Below are positions 1 through 10,639 of a DNA stretch of 64,000 nucleotides, one piece after another. The notes below the pieces were generated by a model that ran no database searches, had not been told where the DNA came from, and worked only from the letters and a program-made list of their open reading frames with translations. Within the stretch, counting starts at the first letter, position 1, and each line of letters begins with the position of its first letter. Both the position numbers and the translations under genes were made by a program. The stretch covers positions 472-64,471 of the forward strand of contig CAZMGY010000026.1 in assembly GCA_964565945.1 (NCBI GenBank), written 5' to 3'. This stretch comes from an uncultured bacterium. Its GTDB lineage: Bacteria > GCA-001730085.

Positions 1-635
1 TTAAAATATTGCATCAGGAAATGCGCGCCGGAATTGGTTGGGGTGAGACTTTGCGTCAAAATTTGGAGGATACTTTAAAAAAGACACTCAAGTTTGAGAC
101 AGCTTATAAAGGATTCTTGAGAATGCCGAAAGACGAAAGGCCCGAATGGGTTTCTGTTCTGGAAAACGCTGTAAATGTGATCGAGGAGTTGGAAAGCCTC
201 AAGCAGCTGCTTGATCGCTCGAGCAATGCAACAAAAAAATCTACGCTTGAGTTTAAGAGGATACATAGCGATTTGGAAGCAATTTATCAGAAGTGGTCTT
301 CTACGGGGATGCTCTCTTTAGCTCTAAAATCTGAGATGGATGCGAATTTAGCCCTTCTTTTAGGTCAAATAGTGAGCAACCTAAGGTTGGCGAGGGGTGA
401 AACCGAGGCTAAAGCTTTTTTGCAAGAGCAGTGGGCGGAACAAGATATTGCGAAGAAACCCTTTGATGCGGATGAGATGGTTAAGACTCTTTTGGAGTTG
501 TCTGATGATAAATACACACAGCAACGGATGAAGGCTTTTAAGGAAATGATGAATAGTGATGCAAATGTGGCTAAAACAGTTAGCAGGTATTTGAATGAGC
601 TTAACGAAATTTTACAAGTTCGCGCTTACGCTTAA
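1..635 (+). CDS. 3' end of a repeat-module protein (paralog of the next gene); the gene starts upstream of the window
   Basis: The reading frame is open from base 3. The translation (…KILHQEMRAGIGWGETLRQNLEDTLK…FETAYKGFL…DERPEWVS…) matches the ~135-aa repeat module and the C-terminal tail of the 706..3888 protein. The DNA block cgtcaaaatttgga is shared with every module of the neighbouring gene. Confidence 0.6.
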   Translation, partial: KILHQEMRAGIGWGETLRQNLEDTLKKTLKFETAYKGFLRMPKDERPEWVSVLENAVNVIEELESLKQLLDRSSNATKKSTLEFKRIHSDLEAIYQKWSSTGMLSLALKSEMDANLALLLGQIVSNLRLARGETEAKAFLQEQWAEQDIAKKPFDADEMVKTLLELSDDKYTQQRMKAFKEMMNSDANVAKTVSRYLNELNEILQVRAYA

Positions 636-705
636 GTTTTGACTGAATGGCGCAATTTATTATAAATAGTGTTATAATATTAAGCTTATAATCCAAAAAA
701 AAAGG

Positions 706-3700
706 ATGCTTTTAAAAATGTTTATGCGAATCCTTGTTATAAATCTTCTTATTTTTAAATTATTTAATATACATTATTTAATGGCTTTAGCTCCGAGAAG
801 TCACTTGTCTAAAATAGATGGACGCTCTTTGAATAGAAAGTCAACGAAAGTGAAACTTTTCAATGTGGAGCTTCTTTTTGGAGATTATAAATACACTGGA
901 AAAAAGATTCATCAGGATCCATCTTACACTGATCTTCAGAAAATCTATACCGAGCTTATGCCTTATTACACTTGGGGTGATAAGGCCCCTCAAGCCTTTC
1001 TTAACGATCAGACGCGAGATGAATACTCTTGGTTGCGTGTAGCAATGGCGGCAATGGCGAAGCAATCTTTTTTGGAATACCATGAGATTAAAGACTACCA
1101 GCGTAATGAAAGTGTCAATAAGGAGATTACCTTCACCCCAGATGATGTGAAGAGTATGGTTAATGTTGGGCAAGGGCTGTTGGCTTTGTGGAAAAAAGTT
1201 GAACCCGAGTTTGAAAATCAAAAAGACATCCAAGAGGTGTTTGCCAATTTTGTGCAGAAAAATTTGTATTTTGTTTTGTTGGAGGCGCCTTCTTTAAGAG
1301 GTGAAGTCTTGCGTGATGCCATTGTTTTTCAACTTTACGATCACTGGACGCGTTTTAAAGCCTTTGATTCCATTTTCGACGAAGATTATTGGAAACAATT
1401 TAAGGATCCTGCAAGAGCTATATTTGATTATAGCAGGGATTTGCGTTTACAAGAAACCGAGGATCAGAAGAAGGAACTGTCTGAGTACATCCAAAATATG
1501 GATACTGAAAGTAGCTCGGCTGACTGGGGTGCCCTCTTGTCTCGGTGGAGGAAACTTTTGCTAGAGAGGCTTGGTCAGGGGGAGCCTGCGCAAAGGTTAA
1601 TTCTGGATATGTTAAATAGATTTCGTTCTTATTACTTTTCGGAAGAGATGAATAGGATGCATCCTCCTGAAATTATTGCGTTTTTGACTTACTTGGACAC
1701 AACTCTTTTTCTGGAGAGCAAGATTGCCCCAAAGTTGCTGAATGTGCTTGAGTTTGTCTTTAAAAGTTTTCCTCGGGTGTTACTGGTCAAACCAGGAGAT
1801 CCTGAATATGTCCGTCGTATGCAAGGTCGCATGATGATTCTTTTCAAGAATAGGAGTGTGCTCGAGACCTTGTCAGAAAGTATAAGTGAACAAAAACTAG
1901 AGGTGGCTAGTAGTTTACTAGCTCACTTGATTGATTTTTATGCTGCGTCGGCTTCTGATTTTGATGAGATGGGAAAGATTAATTTGGAGAAGATTTTTGT
2001 GGATATTCTTAACAATGTGGACAGTCTCGAAAATCTTGTTGTTGTTTTTAAGGTATTGCATGAAGAAATGAACGCTGGAGATGGTTGGGAGAAGAATTTG
2101 CATCAAAATTTGAATGATGTTTTAAAGCCCCTACGCCACTTTGAGACAACTTATAAGAAGCTTTTGGAAGTGTCAGAAGATAAGAGGCCTGAATGGGTTT
2201 CTGCTATGGAGCGTGATAAAAATATAAATGTGATCAATGAGTTGGGGATCCTCAAAGATCTGCTTAATAAGTGGAGCCATGTAAACCGGTTTACGGTTGA
2301 CTTTAAGGCGGCATATAGGGAGTTGCAAGTAATTTATAAGAAGTGGGCTCAATCGATTACTATTTTAGCTGTAGAGTCTGAGATGAGTCAGGATGTACTC
2401 GTTTTCTTAAGTCAAATAGCTATCAATCTAAGCTTTGCACGTAGTGAAGCCGAGGCTAAAGCTTCTTTGCAAGAGCAATTGGAGAAAAAAGAGTTGAAGC
2501 AACCCTTTAATTATATTGAGGTTACTACTGGTTGGCAGAAGAATTTGCGTCAAAATTTATATGTTGCTTTAAGGGATACACGCCATTTGGAGAGAAATTA
2601 TAAAGAGTTGTTGGCAATGCCGGAAGACAAAAGGCCTAAATATGTTGCTGTTATTGAGGAAGATAAAAATGTAAATATGCACAAGGAGTTGGAGGCTCTC
2701 ACACAGCTTCTTAATCCCTTGATCTATGTAAACTGGTTGACGCTTGACTTTAAGACGATACATCATAGCAAGTTGCAATTCGCTTATAACAGGTGGGTTA
2801 AGAACATACTCCCTTTAGCTGTAAGGTCTAGGATGGATGAGGACTTACTCGTTCGCTTAGGTCATATAGCTGGAAATCTAAAGTTGGCACTTGGTGAAAT
2901 GAAGAAGCATCCTTCTTTGAAGGATTTGCATCAAAATTTGGATGATGTTTTAAGGGATACAGGCCTGTTGGAAAAAGTTTATAAAGAGTTGTTGGCACCG
3001 CAAGAAATAATACCTAAAGTGCTTTCTGTTAAGGAGAAAAATAACTATGCAACTATACTCAAGGAGTTGGAAATCCTCACACAGTGGGTGAGTGGTATAG
3101 ACCTGTCTAAGGTTGACGTTAAAATGATATTGAACAAGTTGCAAGTGCTTTATAAGAAGTGGGATACTGACTTGCTCCCTTTAGTTAAAAAGTTTGAGAC
3201 GAATGGGCCGCTATCCCTTTTGGTAAATCAAATGGTTAACAATCTAAAGTTGACACATAATGAAGTTAAAGTTGCTTTGCAAAAGCAATCGGAGAAAGAT
3301 GTTCCTATCAGCTGGGATAAGGATTTTCGTCAAAATTTGGATGGTGTTTTAAGGGGTACACGCCAGTTGGAGACAATTTATAAAGGGTTGCTGGCAGGGC
3401 CGAAAGAAGTAACCCCTAAAGAATTTTTTTATAGGAATAAAAAGACATTTTTAACTATTCTCAAGGAGTTGGAGAGCCTCAAACAGTGGATAGATAATGT
3501 AAAGCTGCTTAAGGTTGACGTTGAAATGATATATAGCGAGTTGCAACCGATTTATAAGAAGTGGGTTACTGAGTTGCTCCCTTTAATTATAGCTTCTGGG
3601 CCGCATCCGGTCGTATGCTGTTTGGTAAATCAAATGGTTAGAAATCTAAAGTTGGGGAGGGATGAAGCCGAAGCTAAAACTTCTTTGCAAAAACAATTGA

Positions 3701-3888
3701 AAAAACAAGAGTTTAAGCGACTCTTTGATTATACTGATGTTCAGATTTTTTTGGAGTTGTCTAAGGAGGCATCCACAGCACAAAGAATACAGGCTTTTAA
3801 ACAAATGATGGATAGTAACGAGGATCTGGCTAAAAAAATGGGCCAGTATTTGAATGGTTTTAACCGGGGTGTACAAGTCAACACTTAG
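706..3888 (+). CDS. Large hypothetical protein (1060 aa): unique ~450-aa N-terminal region followed by four ~135-aa tandem repeat modules
   Basis: Long ORF. Internal repeat modules begin near 2084, 2529, 2929 and 3310 and share the consensus GW.KNL.QNL.DVL…E..YK.LL……RP.(W/Y)V…EAEAK. A TATAAT lies at 673-678. The start codon is ambiguous (706, 718 or 724). No homology was recognised. Confidence 0.7.
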   Translation: MLLKMFMRILVINLLIFKLFNIHYLMALAPRSHLSKIDGRSLNRKSTKVKLFNVELLFGDYKYTGKKIHQDPSYTDLQKIYTELMPYYTWGDKAPQAFLNDQTRDEYSWLRVAMAAMAKQSFLEYHEIKDYQRNESVNKEITFTPDDVKSMVNVGQGLLALWKKVEPEFENQKDIQEVFANFVQKNLYFVLLEAPSLRGEVLRDAIVFQLYDHWTRFKAFDSIFDEDYWKQFKDPARAIFDYSRDLRLQETEDQKKELSEYIQNMDTESSSADWGALLSRWRKLLLERLGQGEPAQRLILDMLNRFRSYYFSEEMNRMHPPEIIAFLTYLDTTLFLESKIAPKLLNVLEFVFKSFPRVLLVKPGDPEYVRRMQGRMMILFKNRSVLETLSESISEQKLEVASSLLAHLIDFYAASASDFDEMGKINLEKIFVDILNNVDSLENLVVVFKVLHEEMNAGDGWEKNLHQNLNDVLKPLRHFETTYKKLLEVSEDKRPEWVSAMERDKNINVINELGILKDLLNKWSHVNRFTVDFKAAYRELQVIYKKWAQSITILAVESEMSQDVLVFLSQIAINLSFARSEAEAKASLQEQLEKKELKQPFNYIEVTTGWQKNLRQNLYVALRDTRHLERNYKELLAMPEDKRPKYVAVIEEDKNVNMHKELEALTQLLNPLIYVNWLTLDFKTIHHSKLQFAYNRWVKNILPLAVRSRMDEDLLVRLGHIAGNLKLALGEMKKHPSLKDLHQNLDDVLRDTGLLEKVYKELLAPQEIIPKVLSVKEKNNYATILKELEILTQWVSGIDLSKVDVKMILNKLQVLYKKWDTDLLPLVKKFETNGPLSLLVNQMVNNLKLTHNEVKVALQKQSEKDVPISWDKDFRQNLDGVLRGTRQLETIYKGLLAGPKEVTPKEFFYRNKKTFLTILKELESLKQWIDNVKLLKVDVEMIYSELQPIYKKWVTELLPLIIASGPHPVVCCLVNQMVRNLKLGRDEAEAKTSLQKQLKKQEFKRLFDYTDVQIFLELSKEASTAQRIQAFKQMMDSNEDLAKKMGQYLNGFNRGVQVNT

Positions 3889-4259
3889 GTCTTGACTGAG
3901 GCAGGGGATTCATCCTGAATACGTGAATGGCACAATTACCTGTGTTTTTTGTTGAGATCAACAAAGGGTATGCTCAGGTCAAACAAAAAATCGAGCTGTC
4001 AGACAAGATTGGACATCTTCGAGATAATGTGGGCGAAGCTCAGGAGATGCTCAAAGTTTGTTTTGTGAAGAGATTTTTTGCATGTATTAGCACTTTGCCA
4101 AAACAAACAAGTTGTCTTTTGGAATCATGGATCCCAATCTTCAGTAGCTAGCTAAAGTTAGAAATCAACCCCGAGTGTTCAGCTTTATAAAACTCTCTTT
4201 TAGGACTATGACTTAAAGTGATAAAATGCGGTCAGTATGTTTCGAAAAGGAGAAATGCA

Positions 4260-6035
4260 TTGAGTCAAAAAAGTGTTCTGTCATTAGCTTTACAGCAGTG
4301 GGTTCAAGAGATGATGGCCTTGTGTCAGCCCGATCAGGTTTATTGGTGTGATGGATCTGAAAACGAAAAAAAGGTGTTAACAGAAAAAGCTTTGCAAACA
4401 GGGGAATTAATTTCTTTAAATCAGCAATTGATGCCGAATTGTTTTTTGCATCGTTCTGATCCGAATGATGTGGCTCGAGTCGAAGCGCGAACCTTTATTT
4501 GTTGTTGTCAAAAAAAAGATGCGGGGATTACTAACAACTGGATGGATCCCGAACAAGCTTATGCGATGGCGCATGATATTTTTCAGGGTTCGATGCATGG
4601 ACGCACGATGTATATAGTGCCTTTTTGCATGGGTCCCTTGGGTTCAGAGTTTAGCAAAATCGGGGTCGAAATCACAGACAGTATTTATGTGGTTTTGAAC
4701 ATGTGGATGATGACCCGGATGGGGTCTGCCGTTTTAGAAACGCTTGGGGATTCGGACCAATTCACCAAAGGTTTGCATTGCACGGCTCAATTGGATCCTG
4801 AAAAGCGCTATATTTTACATTTTCCTGAAGACAATGCGATTTGGAGTGTTAATTCAGGCTATGGTGGCAATGCTTTATTGGGCAAAAAATGTTTGGCCTT
4901 GCGCATTGCAAGCTATTTAGGACGCAAAGAGCAGTGGATGGCTGAGCATATGCTTATTTTGGGCGTGCAGTATCCCGATCAGCATGTGGAATACATTGTT
5001 GCGGCTTTTCCTAGTTCCTGTGGCAAAACCAATTTGGCTATGTTGACACCGCCAAAGGCTTTGCAAGACCAGGGTTATAAAATTTGGACAGTGGGGGATG
5101 ATATTGCTTGGTTGCGAGTGGGTTCCTCGGGCGAGCTGAGAGCCGTTAATCCAGAGTATGGCTTTTTTGGAGTTTTGCCAGGAACGAATAGCCAAAGCAA
5201 TCCTGTCGCTTTGGCTTCGATGACCCACGATGCCATGTACACCAATGTGTTGCTCAAGCCAGATCAAACCGTTTGGTGGGAAGGTGCTGATGGTGATGTG
5301 CCGAGAGAAGGTGTTGATTGGAAAGGGGACGCTTGGTTGCCATCCTTGAGAAGCAAAGGAGCGCACCCTAATTCGCGATTCACCGCAAAGATTGATCAAT
5401 GTTCTATTATTTCAGAAAAAACAGATGACCCCATGGGGGTACCAGTTTCGGCAATACTCTTTGGTGGGCGTCGGGCTGAATTGAATCCTTTGGTTTATGA
5501 AACTTTTTCTTGGTCTCATGGTGTTTACGTGGGGGCAACTATGTGTTCCGAAAAAACGGCTGCTCAAGAAGGAGATTCAACGTTCGAAATTAGGCACGAC
5601 CCCATGGCGATGCGTCCGTTTTGTGGCTATAACATGGGTGATTATTTTCAACATTGGCTCGATATGGGCCAACTGATCACCCAAAAGCCGAAAGTGTTTT
5701 GTGTGAATTGGTTCCGTCAAGATGAAAATGGACGATTTTTATGGCCAGGTTTTGGCGATAATATGTGGGTGCTCAAGTGGATTTTGGCGCGTTGTCGCAA
5801 TGAGGTTGAAGCCAAGGAAACACCTTTGGGCTATCTCCCTTATGTTGATGACCTCAATTTGGATGATTTGGACATCGACGAAGAGGATATGTGTAAGCTT
5901 TTGGAGGTCAATGCAGACAAGTGGTCTGAGGAGTTGGAACAGCAAGATGGCTTTTTGAAGAGTTTTGGTGAGGATCTGCCTGTTGCTCTATGGAAGGAAC
6001 ATCAGGCGCTTAAGCAAAGGTTAAAGGTATCATGA
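4260..6035 (+). CDS. pckG: Phosphoenolpyruvate carboxykinase (GTP)
   Basis: Carries the GTP-PEPCK kinase-1a motif FPSSCGKTNLAMLT and is conserved along its length. The ORF opens at GTG 4218, but GGAGA at 4249-4253 sits 6 nt before TTG 4260, giving the typical N-terminus MSQKSVLSLALQQW. Confidence 0.9.
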   Translation: MSQKSVLSLALQQWVQEMMALCQPDQVYWCDGSENEKKVLTEKALQTGELISLNQQLMPNCFLHRSDPNDVARVEARTFICCCQKKDAGITNNWMDPEQAYAMAHDIFQGSMHGRTMYIVPFCMGPLGSEFSKIGVEITDSIYVVLNMWMMTRMGSAVLETLGDSDQFTKGLHCTAQLDPEKRYILHFPEDNAIWSVNSGYGGNALLGKKCLALRIASYLGRKEQWMAEHMLILGVQYPDQHVEYIVAAFPSSCGKTNLAMLTPPKALQDQGYKIWTVGDDIAWLRVGSSGELRAVNPEYGFFGVLPGTNSQSNPVALASMTHDAMYTNVLLKPDQTVWWEGADGDVPREGVDWKGDAWLPSLRSKGAHPNSRFTAKIDQCSIISEKTDDPMGVPVSAILFGGRRAELNPLVYETFSWSHGVYVGATMCSEKTAAQEGDSTFEIRHDPMAMRPFCGYNMGDYFQHWLDMGQLITQKPKVFCVNWFRQDENGRFLWPGFGDNMWVLKWILARCRNEVEAKETPLGYLPYVDDLNLDDLDIDEEDMCKLLEVNADKWSEELEQQDGFLKSFGEDLPVALWKEHQALKQRLKVS

Positions 6036-7489
6036 TAGATAAACGATGGAAGCTAGGTATTTTGATAGGGATGCTGGGATTGAGCTCGTATGTGCAGGCT
6101 GAATCTCCAGTCGCCAATTTAACGCCCCGCAAAGCTGTGATGTATGCTTTGGAAGATAATTTTGATATTTGTATTCTTAGACTTGATAAAGAGCGTTTTG
6201 TTTTTGAAATGCCTAAAGAACTTTCGAAGTATGATGCTACGTTAAGTTGGGGTTTCGATGTGATTGGAGATCGTCAAGAGAAATCTTTGTTTGGGAATAA
6301 TTTGGTTTCGAGTGCTGTTTTTGCCGAAGATATTTATTCTCAAGATGCTTCGATCACTCAAACAACTCCTTGGGGGAGTACCTGGAGTTTATCTTATTTG
6401 TTGGAGCATAACAATTATGGCAATGACGCTTTTAGTCATTACAACACCAGTTTGGCTTTCAGTATTGAGCAGTCCCTTTGGAATAATGCCTTTGGTTTTC
6501 AGAGTCGACGCTACGACGATGTGAGGGAGAAATCGGTTCAAAGCTTTGACTTGCGGACACAGTATCAAATGACCTTAGTGGCTCAAAATGTTTTGAATGC
6601 TTTTTGGGGAGTGTATTGTGATCAGAAAATTGTTCAAAATCGCCAACAAATTTTAACCATTGCCGAAGAGTTTTTGCAGTTAAATCAGCGCAAGGGCAAA
6701 TATGGAGCGGTCGAGAGTAGCGACATTTTAGCAGCGCAGGCCAATGTAAAATTCAAAAAAATTGAACTTTTAGCCAGTCAAAATAACTTTGAAAGGTCTT
6801 TGTTAAATCTCCAGGACATGCTGAATCAAGGTGATTTACATGGTCGTTCCTTTCAAGAGTCTGCTCTTGTGCTGGGGGAGTTTCAGTTAGAGAAGAGCCT
6901 GGAGGAAGCTCTGCAAAAACGCTTAGATCTTAGAGCTATGCAAGAAGATTTGGCAGCTGCTGGTATACAGGTTGAGATTAGGCGCAACGATAAACGTGCT
7001 TCGATCAATTTAACAGTGTCTTACAATCCTGTTAACCGTGATGCCAGTTTCGATAATGCCTTCAAAGACAGTCTTAATGGTGATCATAGTGAGGCTTTTG
7101 TTGGAATTCGGATCACTTACCCCTGGGGGAATTGTTCGGCTAAGGCCAATTATGAGCAGCAAAAAGTTAATGAACAACGTGTGCGTACAGCTGTTGCTCA
7201 GTTAAGACAAACGATTCGTAGAGATGTGATGCATACTTATCGTGATTTGCAAACAACGCATCAGCGATATTTAGCGTTTCGAGAACTTGTTGATGTTCAG
7301 TGTCAAAAGTTGGAGGAGGAGACTCAAAAATATCAAACGGGGCGGTCGACAGCTCAAGTGACCATTGATTATCAGGATGACTTGTTGCAAGCACAGAATC
7401 TTTTGGTGCAAGAGCAGGCTCACTTGCATCGTTCTTGGGTAGCTTTGCATGTGGCCAAAAATACTTTATTTGAATATTGGGATTTATAA
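6032..7489 (+). CDS. TolC-like outer-membrane efflux protein
   Basis: N-terminal signal peptide (…SSYVQA/ESP). Two-repeat coiled-coil architecture typical of the OEP/TolC family. Its start overlaps the pckG stop as ATGA. Confidence 0.7.
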   Translation: MIDKRWKLGILIGMLGLSSYVQAESPVANLTPRKAVMYALEDNFDICILRLDKERFVFEMPKELSKYDATLSWGFDVIGDRQEKSLFGNNLVSSAVFAEDIYSQDASITQTTPWGSTWSLSYLLEHNNYGNDAFSHYNTSLAFSIEQSLWNNAFGFQSRRYDDVREKSVQSFDLRTQYQMTLVAQNVLNAFWGVYCDQKIVQNRQQILTIAEEFLQLNQRKGKYGAVESSDILAAQANVKFKKIELLASQNNFERSLLNLQDMLNQGDLHGRSFQESALVLGEFQLEKSLEEALQKRLDLRAMQEDLAAAGIQVEIRRNDKRASINLTVSYNPVNRDASFDNAFKDSLNGDHSEAFVGIRITYPWGNCSAKANYEQQKVNEQRVRTAVAQLRQTIRRDVMHTYRDLQTTHQRYLAFRELVDVQCQKLEEETQKYQTGRSTAQVTIDYQDDLLQAQNLLVQEQAHLHRSWVALHVAKNTLFEYWDL

Positions 7490-7585
7490 TTTTATTATCC
7501 CCTGGTTCCTGTTTGCGTCATCTCGTGACTTGAAGGGGTTATTAGATTGAAAAAAAATAGTGCAGTAATAGGAATAAAAAAATAA

Positions 7586-10500
7586 ATGAAAGTAACCGAA
7601 TTTTTTATTGATCGCCCCAAGTTCACCAATGTTCTTTTGGGATTTATGATTCTTTTAGGGGTTCTGACTTTAAAAAGTTTGCCACGGCAAAATATGCCTG
7701 ATGTTGATTTTGATGTGTTGACCATTCGCACCAATTACCCTGGAGCTTCACCCGAAGATGTTGAGGTTAAGGTGACCGACCCAATTGAAGACGCGTTGGA
7801 GTCTGTAGATGGTTTGGATAGGGTCGAATCGTTTTCAATCGAAAATATGTCGTATATTGTTGTCAAAATTGATCCAGACTTGGATTTTAATGAGAAAGAG
7901 GACATCAAAAGAGATGTCAGGAAGGCTGTGGATCGCGTGACCGATTTTCCTCAAGAGGTTGAAGCCAGACCTTTTGTGGACGAAAAAAAGTCGACCAGTT
8001 CTCCTATTATTGAAATAGCTGTTAGTGGCGAAGGTATCGATGAATGGACGATGCGTAAAGTAGCTAAGGATCTCGAAGATGATTTGCGAGGGATTGAGGG
8101 TGTGGGTGAGGTTGACAAAATTGGCTATCGCAAGAAAGAAATGCAGGTACTGGCCGATATCGAGAAAATGGATGAACATTATGTGGCGTTTGGAGATTTG
8201 TTACAAGCGATAGAGCTTCGTAATGTGAAACTATCTGGAGGAACCATTGAGTCATCCGTTAACGAAAAAAAAGTGGTTACTTTTGCTGAGTTTGAAGAGC
8301 CTATCGATGTCGGGGATTGTATTGTTCGGAGCAACTTTTCGGGCAAACAACTTAAGGTGAGTGATGTTGCTTTGTTGAAGGATGATTTTGAACAACGACG
8401 TATTTGGACACGAGTGAACGGTGTCGATGCGATTAATGTGAGGGTTAAACGTAAGCCTAAATCCGATGTGATCCGTTTGAGTCGTGAGCTTAATGTTGTG
8501 ATCGACTATTACCAAGAAACTTTTTCCAAACAAGGTATTCAGGTGAAGGTCTTGATTGACTACACCCACTACACCAAAAACTTACTTGATATTGTGATCA
8601 ATAGTGCTACCTTGGGTTTGATTTTGGTACTTTTATCGCTATTTTTCTTTCTTAATTTTCAAACGGCTTTATGGGTGGCAATAGGTTTACCAACGGCCAT
8701 ATTGGGTGCTTTTTTTATTTTTCCTTATTTTGATATGACAGTAAATCAGATTGTTTTGATTGCAATGATTATTGTGTTGGGTATGTTGGTGGACGATGCG
8801 ATTGTTGTGGCCGAAAATATTAATCGCTACCAGCAAGAAGGCCTATCCTTCCGTGAAGCAGCGATTTTGGGTACTCAAGAGGTGTTTAAACCGATTTGTG
8901 TGACCATTTTAACCACAATCAGCTGTTTTGCACCTATGTATTTTATGACGGGGATTCTGGGTAAATTTGTTTTTACTATCCCTACAGTGATTATCTCGAT
9001 GCTATTACTAAGTTTGTTTGAGTCTGTAACGATTCTTCCGTGTCACCTTGCGCATAGCAAAGCTTCGCGTATTCGACCTGTCGGATTTTGGATGACCAAG
9101 TTGAGAAATTTTTATGGTCGTTTTTTACGGCGGTTGTTGCATCACCGTGGTTTATTTATTGTGATTGCCATTAGTATGCTGATTGGATCAGTTTTTTTTA
9201 GTGTGGCTACGAATCGTTTTGTGTTGTTTCCGACCAATGATGCTAATGTTTTTTATATTGTTATTGAAACGAAGGTAGGTGACTCGATGGAGCAAACCTT
9301 GGAAAAAATTAAGCAAATAGAGGATAGAGTGAGTGAAATTTCTCCTGAAATTCTAAATAACTTTAAAGTTGAACTGGGACATCATCGTACAGAAGAGGCT
9401 ATTAATACGCCTGCTGAGCATGAAGAATGGGCTTTATTTACTGTTTTCCTAAAACCTGCTAGTGAGCGAGATGTTCGCAGTGAAGTCGTTATTGAAGAGT
9501 TGCGAAAAGATTTTAAAAATTTAACTGGGTTTAATTTGTTGCAAGTGCGTAAGTTGCAGGGGGGACCTCCCGTTGGAGCTCCCATTACGATCACTCTTGT
9601 TTCGGATGACTTTGAAGGATGTGAAGTATACGAAAAAAAAATATGGGATGACTTATCAAATTTGGACGGTGTTTATGCCTTGGAAACCACTAATAGGATT
9701 GGTAAAGACGAAGTTCGATTACATTTAAATTATTCCCTTATGGCTCAAGTGGGTCTAACGGCTCGTGATGTGGCTGATACGATGCGAATGGCTTATGATG
9801 GAGTGGTGGCCACGAGTATGCGACGTGATGGGGAAGAGATTGATTTTCGTCTTCGTCTTCGAGATGACCAGCGAGGAAAGGAAGATTGGCTTAAGCAATT
9901 ACTTTTACGCAATGCCGATGGCAAGTTGATTAGCCTCGAAGATGTGGCTTCTTTTAGTTATGGTCAAAGCAAAGAATCTATTAATCATTACAGTGGTCGC
10001 AAATCAATCACCATCACTGGTAAGGTTGATACCGAAAAAGTAACATCCACTTTTGTCAATAAAATGATTCGAGATAGTTATGAAAAAAAAATTAAGGCAA
10101 CGTCTGGGCTAAAAATGATCTTTGGTGGTGAGGAAGAAGAAACCAAAGAAAGTATGCAAAATTTTAAGGTTGCTTTCTTGTGTGGATTGATTGGAATTTA
10201 TTTTATTTTGCTCTTGCTATTGAATTCCTATATACAACCCTTTTTGATTATGGCCACCATTCCATTCGGAATTATCGGGGTTTTGATTGCTTTTTATTTG
10301 CATGGATTGCCCATGAGCTTTTTGGGTTTAATTGGTACCTTAGGTATGATTGGGGTTGTGGTGAATGATTCCTTAGTGATGGTGACCTATTTGAATAAAT
10401 TGAAAGAAAAATATGGTCGTGTTGATGAAGATATGGTGATTGAAGGGGCTAAAATGCGCTTTCGGCAGGTTTTTTTGACCACAATCACCACAGTTTTGGG

Positions 10501-10639
10501 TTTACTGCCTACCGTTTATGGAATCGGTGGTTATGAGCCTTTTCTTGTCCCAGTGGTACTAGCGATGTCTTGGGGCTTAGCTTTTTCTACTGTGATCACA
10601 CTTGGTTTGGTTCCTGTCTTGTATTCTTTTCAGAAATAG
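7586..10639 (+). CDS. RND-family efflux transporter, inner-membrane subunit (AcrB/CzcA-like)
   Basis: 1017 aa with a 12-TM pattern. The N-terminus MKVTEFFIDRPKFTNVLLGFMILLG is typical of ACR_tran proteins. Follows the TolC-like gene after a 96-bp gap. Confidence 0.85.
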   Translation: MKVTEFFIDRPKFTNVLLGFMILLGVLTLKSLPRQNMPDVDFDVLTIRTNYPGASPEDVEVKVTDPIEDALESVDGLDRVESFSIENMSYIVVKIDPDLDFNEKEDIKRDVRKAVDRVTDFPQEVEARPFVDEKKSTSSPIIEIAVSGEGIDEWTMRKVAKDLEDDLRGIEGVGEVDKIGYRKKEMQVLADIEKMDEHYVAFGDLLQAIELRNVKLSGGTIESSVNEKKVVTFAEFEEPIDVGDCIVRSNFSGKQLKVSDVALLKDDFEQRRIWTRVNGVDAINVRVKRKPKSDVIRLSRELNVVIDYYQETFSKQGIQVKVLIDYTHYTKNLLDIVINSATLGLILVLLSLFFFLNFQTALWVAIGLPTAILGAFFIFPYFDMTVNQIVLIAMIIVLGMLVDDAIVVAENINRYQQEGLSFREAAILGTQEVFKPICVTILTTISCFAPMYFMTGILGKFVFTIPTVIISMLLLSLFESVTILPCHLAHSKASRIRPVGFWMTKLRNFYGRFLRRLLHHRGLFIVIAISMLIGSVFFSVATNRFVLFPTNDANVFYIVIETKVGDSMEQTLEKIKQIEDRVSEISPEILNNFKVELGHHRTEEAINTPAEHEEWALFTVFLKPASERDVRSEVVIEELRKDFKNLTGFNLLQVRKLQGGPPVGAPITITLVSDDFEGCEVYEKKIWDDLSNLDGVYALETTNRIGKDEVRLHLNYSLMAQVGLTARDVADTMRMAYDGVVATSMRRDGEEIDFRLRLRDDQRGKEDWLKQLLLRNADGKLISLEDVASFSYGQSKESINHYSGRKSITITGKVDTEKVTSTFVNKMIRDSYEKKIKATSGLKMIFGGEEEETKESMQNFKVAFLCGLIGIYFILLLLLNSYIQPFLIMATIPFGIIGVLIAFYLHGLPMSFLGLIGTLGMIGVVVNDSLVMVTYLNKLKEKYGRVDEDMVIEGAKMRFRQVFLTTITTVLGLLPTVYGIGGYEPFLVPVVLAMSWGLAFSTVITLGLVPVLYSFQK

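Noticed and set aside
841-1233. Antisense ORFs inside long genes (for example 841..1233 -, 4917..5399 -, 13223..13480 -, 39103..39576 -, 45606..45998 -)
   Set aside because: They lie entirely within well-supported genes on the opposite strand, have no RBS, and have atypical composition. They are shadow ORFs.
3927-4151. 74-aa ORF in the 330-bp gap before pckG
   Set aside because: No RBS and no recognisable homology. The gap is more likely promoter or UTR. I did not annotate it.
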